A stretch of 64,000 bases of DNA from Eukaryota sp. TZLM1-RC (Eukaryota > Protista > Metamonada: BaSk clade), in contig JAUPSS010000004.1 of assembly GCA_040285825.1 (NCBI GenBank), positions 1,426,001 to 1,490,000 of the forward strand. The letters run 5' to 3'. Positions 58,893 to 64,000 of the stretch are shown here, in pieces. Below the pieces are notes generated by a model that saw only the letters and a list, made by a program, of their open reading frames with translations, did not search any database and had not been told where the DNA came from. The translations under genes were made by a program, and so were the position numbers. How positions within the stretch are numbered: the stretch's first letter is position 1; every line of letters begins with the position of its first letter.

Positions 58893-60837
58893 ATGCTACC
58901 CAAGACATTGAGTCAAGAATCTATTCTATCACAGGACGACGAAAGTAATTCGTTCTCTGAGGCTTTATCTGTTGTCTCCCGCTCTGAAACCGATTCTTCT
59001 GTGACAGAACAGATTGAATCGTCTTCTTCAGAGTCGTCGGTTTCCGCGTCTTTCACTGATTGTTGTTGAGTTGATGGTGATCTTTACGACATGCTTTGTA
59101 CAAAGGTTAAGGTAGGTCTGCAATATCAACCGGATGGACTACCCTATGATGGTATGATTTGGATGTTATTGGAGAGTTCACCTCATCTGAACATATTCCG
59201 AGACACTTTTCCTCATGATTCTGTATTCTCCTTCCACGACGACTCACTATGGTATACCTCTGATGAAAAAACTGCCAGAATTGAACCTATTCGCACCAAA
59301 ACTGACAGTTCATCAACCAAATCCTCCACTGATCCACTACTTGAGCATAATTATCAGGAAGATTCCAGAGATTTTTTGTTTCAGAAAGCTGTACGTCAAT
59401 TTGTGTCAAAAATTTCTGATGAAAAAGCAGATTTTCTAGACAAATACCATTCTCCTATTTTACCAGTTATAAATTCAACTGGATTAGGTAAGACCAGATT
59501 TTTGCTGAATAACTTAAGACCTGGGCGTAAAATTTCTTCATACTTTTGTTTTCCTCGCTACGACGGTAATTTACAAGTCAACACCTGGCTTCCAACAATT
59601 TCCTGGGAGGAATTTAATTTTGTTTTCAAAAGACACATTGACGAAGTGACCCAGGGTGTTCTTTTTTATCAATGCTTCTTACTAGCTCTTGCAGCTGATA
59701 AATTTTTTCACCCATCAAAAAAACAATCAGAGTCAGATTCGAAGACTTCTTTCTTTACCCAGATCATCAGAATGCGATTGGAAGACCCAGTTTTCGAAAA
59801 TTATAGAGACAACTCGTGAAGCACCTTTCACAGGGTTTTTATGCTGCTACTATGAAAGTATTTGAAATGTCTGCTATCGATCAGTTTAAAAATGATGTTG
59901 TAGCCTTGGATGAAGTAGGAACTTTGATTTCAAAATCCCTAACTGATTTTTATAATCATTATAGGATTCTTAGATATGCAGCTAGAAATCTGCTTTCTGC
60001 TTGTTTATTTTTGGCTGTGATAGTTACTGGTACTAATTTATCACTAAACTCTTTTGTTTTGGATCCAATTCAGGAACATTTTTACAGAATCCAAGCCAGT
60101 AAACCTTATTTGTTACTTAATCTTAAAGCTGCAGCAACTTCGCCTCCTTTTCTAGATGTTTTCCATAGAACCAACCCTAAACACACTTTTGGGAAAAATT
60201 CTTATCTTTTGGATGGCAATATTGCTCCGCTACTTACCTTGAACCAATGTCTCTCAGCAAGAATCATTTGAACAGCATACGCCTTTCGCGTTTTGCGTGA
60301 TTCCAAATGGACCATTAAGACAGTTTATGACTCAATTGGAAACAAAATTCAGTCTGGCCCACGTACGGATTTTTTAAGGAACCCACTTCCAATGTTTTGC
60401 ATTCTGCTCTGGGTCAGAGTGGGATTGTTCCTCTAATCATTCTTTCTGAGTCTGTTGAACATCAATTTACTATTATTCGAACAACCAAGGATAATCCTAG
60501 AGACTATCCGTTTATGTTTTCCACCGTTGTTTTAATCGACCCTTTAATTATGGCTTATTGTTGGGTCACCATTATTCAACATACCAAAGTCCACTTGGAT
60601 GCTTTTGGTAAGCTACTCCATGTCAACCCGCTGATGTTTCTTTCTAATGATGTGACACCTGGCATATTGCTCGAGCCATTTGTTTGTCCATTTTTGATTT
60701 TCCTTTTAAGGGAGACAACTTCTGATGAAAGTGATTTTAACCTTGTCAAGAGTCTTGTTTATCCTGTACCTGTCACTAATTTATTTAAATTTGATCAGTG
60801 TACAAGTTACCAGTTGAACACCACCGAGGAATGCTAA
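58893..60837 (+). pseudogene. Second Crinkler-type NTPase paralogue, 3'-truncated
   Basis: PVINSTGLGKTR, VVALDEVG, YRILRYAARNL, VIVTGTN; in-frame stops and frameshifts; cut off by the 60832 repeat. Confidence 0.7.
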
Positions 60838-61628
60838 AGCAAACCCGAAAGCGGAAAAAGTTTGCAATTCACTTCATGAAGACTACAACAAAAGACATTA
60901 TCATTCTGAAGAACACAAAGGCTTACCAGCTAGACTTCTAGAAGCTTTCGCTCTAGAGAGCTTCCTACAATATTTGACGCTATTTTGGATATCTTTGATG
61001 GTCAAGCCATTATCTTATGGTCTGATGGAACTCAAACGACCCAGCCAAAAGCTACAGTCAAGAAAACTACTGCTTATCATAGTTATATGAAAATGATGAA
61101 CCTCGACAAGCCCCGAAGAAGAGGCAGACGGAAGAAGAGGTAGTGTAGACTTTAAAACAAATTAACAACAAAGGCACAGAAACATGTAGACATTACAGAC
61201 ACATGTAATCGGATCTTTCTTGACCATAATCAACATCAAACAGTTAAAAACTGAATAATTAATGATTACTCAGTCGTTTTGTGTTTATGAATAGAGACTC
61301 TAAATAAAGAGAATTACTCCCAATATTTGGTAGAGACACTTTTGAAAGTTGTGAATAACTAAACTATGACTGGGAAAAAACATGTTGTTGGAATAATGAA
61401 TTAACATTGAAAATCAAACAATTCGTAAAAACTACAGAAAAATCAAATTTCCAAATCTTATTCAAATGAGTAAAGGTTGTTTCATTGAATATTGCAAATA
61501 AATAAAACAAAAAAACAGAATGCCGTCACTAAATGCGAAAAGAATGCAAATTAAGTTTGAACAACAGCAATTACTTGGAAATTTTCCAATAAAACCCAAT
61601 TTTGCTAGATTAACATTGAATTCAAAAA
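60832..61628 (+). repeat. Direct repeat of 53662-54461 (chromodomain-PPT-LTR start plus flank)
   Basis: Near-identical central ~470 bp with more diverged ends. Confidence 0.9.
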
Positions 61629-62386
61629 GAAATACATTGATAGTAGATCCTAAACAAAAATGACCGTCACACTAAAAAAGGAATTGGGGTAGACAAGAGG
61701 CAGAGAAAATCAAACACGTATAATAAACTTAGCAAGTATCGGACATTTCATAAAAACGAAATGGATAAACAAACTTAAATTAAAAGGTTTGAACAAATAG
61801 TAGATTAATAAAAACACTGTGGATTATTACAAAAATAAACTGAGTCAATAACCACCTTGATAGGAGGCAAATTAACAAGATTATGATAAGATTATTGACC
61901 ATTTAAATAATGAACAAATCAACCCATTTAGTAACGAACTGTAGCCTAGTCCAGCGTTCGATTCCCAGTGTGGGATAACAATTGAAAGTGAAGATATAGC
62001 AATGGATACAAACAAATCAGGGATTAAAGAACGTAACAAAAGATAAGACAGAAATAGAAGACAATGGATCAACAAGTGAGCTGAATTCTGGAGTCAAGGG
62101 CCCCTGTAAAGAACGAAGATTAGAGGCAAGCTAAAAAGAAAGAGTGAATGACATAATGAGTAGGAAGAAAAGCGTGGTAAAGGAAGAATGATGGCATAGT
62201 AACAAGGATTTCATCTTTTAATGGAATCAATCAGGGATAACTAAAGAGGAAGGAGCATGTACCTTACTCACACAAGTCGCAAAGTAATTATGACGTAAAT
62301 CTTTGTGAAGAAAAAGGAGACAACAAATGATCAAGACATTTGTATCAACCTAGACACGTCAAGCAAAGGTGAACCTAAAAGAGCGA

Positions 62387-64000
62387 ATGTTGAAAAGTGA
62401 AAAGCGTTGATCAACCCTTACCCACCACACCTCTCCTTTATCCCCTATTGAGGACACCTTTTCCTCTGCATCATTGCCATGTGGTGTTTGGCTCAAGGAG
62501 GCCTTGTCCAAACTTGTTTCCCTTCCTTGTGGGCATAACTTTTGCACCATTTGCTTCTTCAAATGGTGTGACGAAACATCCCGTTCCTGTCCTGTTTGCA
62601 GAGGGCTGGTTCCCGAAGTCCCATTCATGACGAACATTCTTTTGACAAATTGTTTTTCCTTTATGAAAAAACTTGAACATGAACGATCTGATCTCTTATC
62701 GCAATTGACTTTAACCCAAGAACAATTCACGAGAAAATGTGCAGAAATAGAAGAAATAGAAGAAGAAAAGTTCATCTTAAAGGGAAAATTGAACGAAATG
62801 AGTAAAAAATTTGTTCAGTTCAAGAAAAACAATAATAATCAATCAAATAAATTAAAAGCTCAATTGGTTAATGTTCATCAACAATTACGTTCAGCTCAAG
62901 CTCATCAAGATCAATTACAAGAACGTAATGAATTTCTTTCCACTGAACTTCAAAGAGCTCTTAAAGTTGCTAATTTTGAAGAATTAAACCAACGAGAAGC
63001 AAAGATTAAGGAATTGGAAGCTGAATTTCAGTCTTTTAAAGCTTCAGTTTTCGAACTTCAAGGGGAATATTCTGGTCTTTGTGCTGTTTTACAAGCCAAC
63101 GAAACTGAAATTTTGGATATAAGTAACAAATCAAAAGAAGAAATCAACAAACTTGATCAACAACGATTAGCTGAAATTTCTGTTTTAGATCACCGTAAAC
63201 AAGAAGAAATTTCGCAACTAAAGAGTCTTTATGAGAAAAATCTTGACCAAGTTTTTCAACGTGAATCTGAAGGTGTTCAAAAGATTTATCATTTAGAGAC
63301 TGAATTATTAGAGGTTGGTAAATCATTTACGAACGTTAATCACGACTTAATTAATGCTCAAAAAGAACTTGAAAATACTAGAAATCTACTCTATTTTTAT
63401 GAATCAGAAGCAGAATCATTAAAAACCCAATTGGCTTATGTTAATCAACAATTACAAGCCCATCTTGATCATTCAAATCAACGCATTAATATACTTCAAT
63501 CAGAAATTCAAACAAAGATTCATTCTTCGAACTTTGGGGACAATCGGAAAAGAAGAATTGAGAGTGTTCAGTCAAGGAAAAGAAACAATAATTCTTCGTT
63601 AACTGACATTAATAATAAGAAATTCAATGATTGTTATTTTGATGAGAATTTGGATGGTGGTTTTGAAAATTCGGTAAATGCAGTTACCTCTGCATGTGCG
63701 CCTGAACAAATGTGTCAGGAGGGGCAAAAAAGTTTCAATGATAAAGACCACCAGGAAGCATTTTGTTGGTTTCAAGGAGCAGCTGAAGCTGGTAATAGAG
63801 CTGCTATGTATTATTTAGGCTGTTGTATAAGAAATGGTAAATGTGTTGATCAAGATCATCAACAAGCTTTTCATAAGTTCAAAAAAGGTGCTGAAGCTGG
63901 TAATGCTCGTGCTATGGTTTGTTTAGGTCAATGTTATTGCAATGGTCATGGTGTTGAACAAGACTATTCTCAAGCAGTGTTCTACTGCCAAAAAGCTGCT
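62387..64000 (+). CDS. RING-finger / coiled-coil / Sel1-repeat protein, runs off the window end (absent from the ORF track); TGA at codon 8
   Basis: LPCGHNFCTICFFKWCDETSRSCPVCR; long heptad region; AFCWFQGAAEAGNRAAMYYLGCC..NG and GNARAMVCLGQCYCNGHGVEQDYSQA Sel1 repeats; frame open from 62411 to the end. Confidence 0.75.

Noticed and set aside
56165-60837. TGA reassigned to Trp (many in-frame TGAs in the NTPase genes)
   Set aside because: The same genes also contain TAA stops and frameshifts, TGG is used normally, and intact genes (ARID, GATA) end in TGA; ordinary decay explains it
62359-62775. Minus-strand 138-aa ORF, and similar short antisense ORFs over the retroelements and host genes
   Set aside because: They are antisense shadows of the real coding strand, with no motifs of their own

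Overview
AT-rich eukaryotic (microbial eukaryote) genomic DNA with very short spliceosomal introns (27-39 nt; branch-point A fixed at -7 from the 3' AG). It is a transposon-dense region with islands of host genes. Mobile DNA: (i) Ty3/Gypsy chromovirus-type LTR retrotransposons of about four families, including one full-length copy (3075-9969, identical 106-bp LTRs, ATAA target duplication) and a 3'-truncated copy (39304-45729); (ii) many decayed CRE-like, restriction-like-endonuclease (RLE) non-LTR retrotransposon fragments, one junction of which is amplified as a 4 x ~1047-bp array; (iii) three pieces of a Fanzor (eukaryotic TnpB-like) element; (iv) a hAT-type MITE. Host genes: YrhK-like membrane protein, an unknown spliced gene, ARID+ARM protein, atypical small GTPase, GATA factor, RNI-like LRR protein, GNAT, RWP-RK factor, two decayed Crinkler-type NTPase(-REase) genes and a RING/coiled-coil/Sel1 gene running off the end. 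Three intronic box C/D snoRNAs (U35/snR73-like) lie at 1.6-2.1 kb. The best leads are: a Fanzor family with a shared RuvC-III D>N change whose structured omegaRNA-like 3' ends sit at host gene starts (one as a near stand-alone module); a palindrome replacing the tRNA primer-binding site in three unrelated LTR families; and two back-to-back mini-introns with a zero-length exon. All calls were made by eye from motifs; no database searches or folding programs were run.
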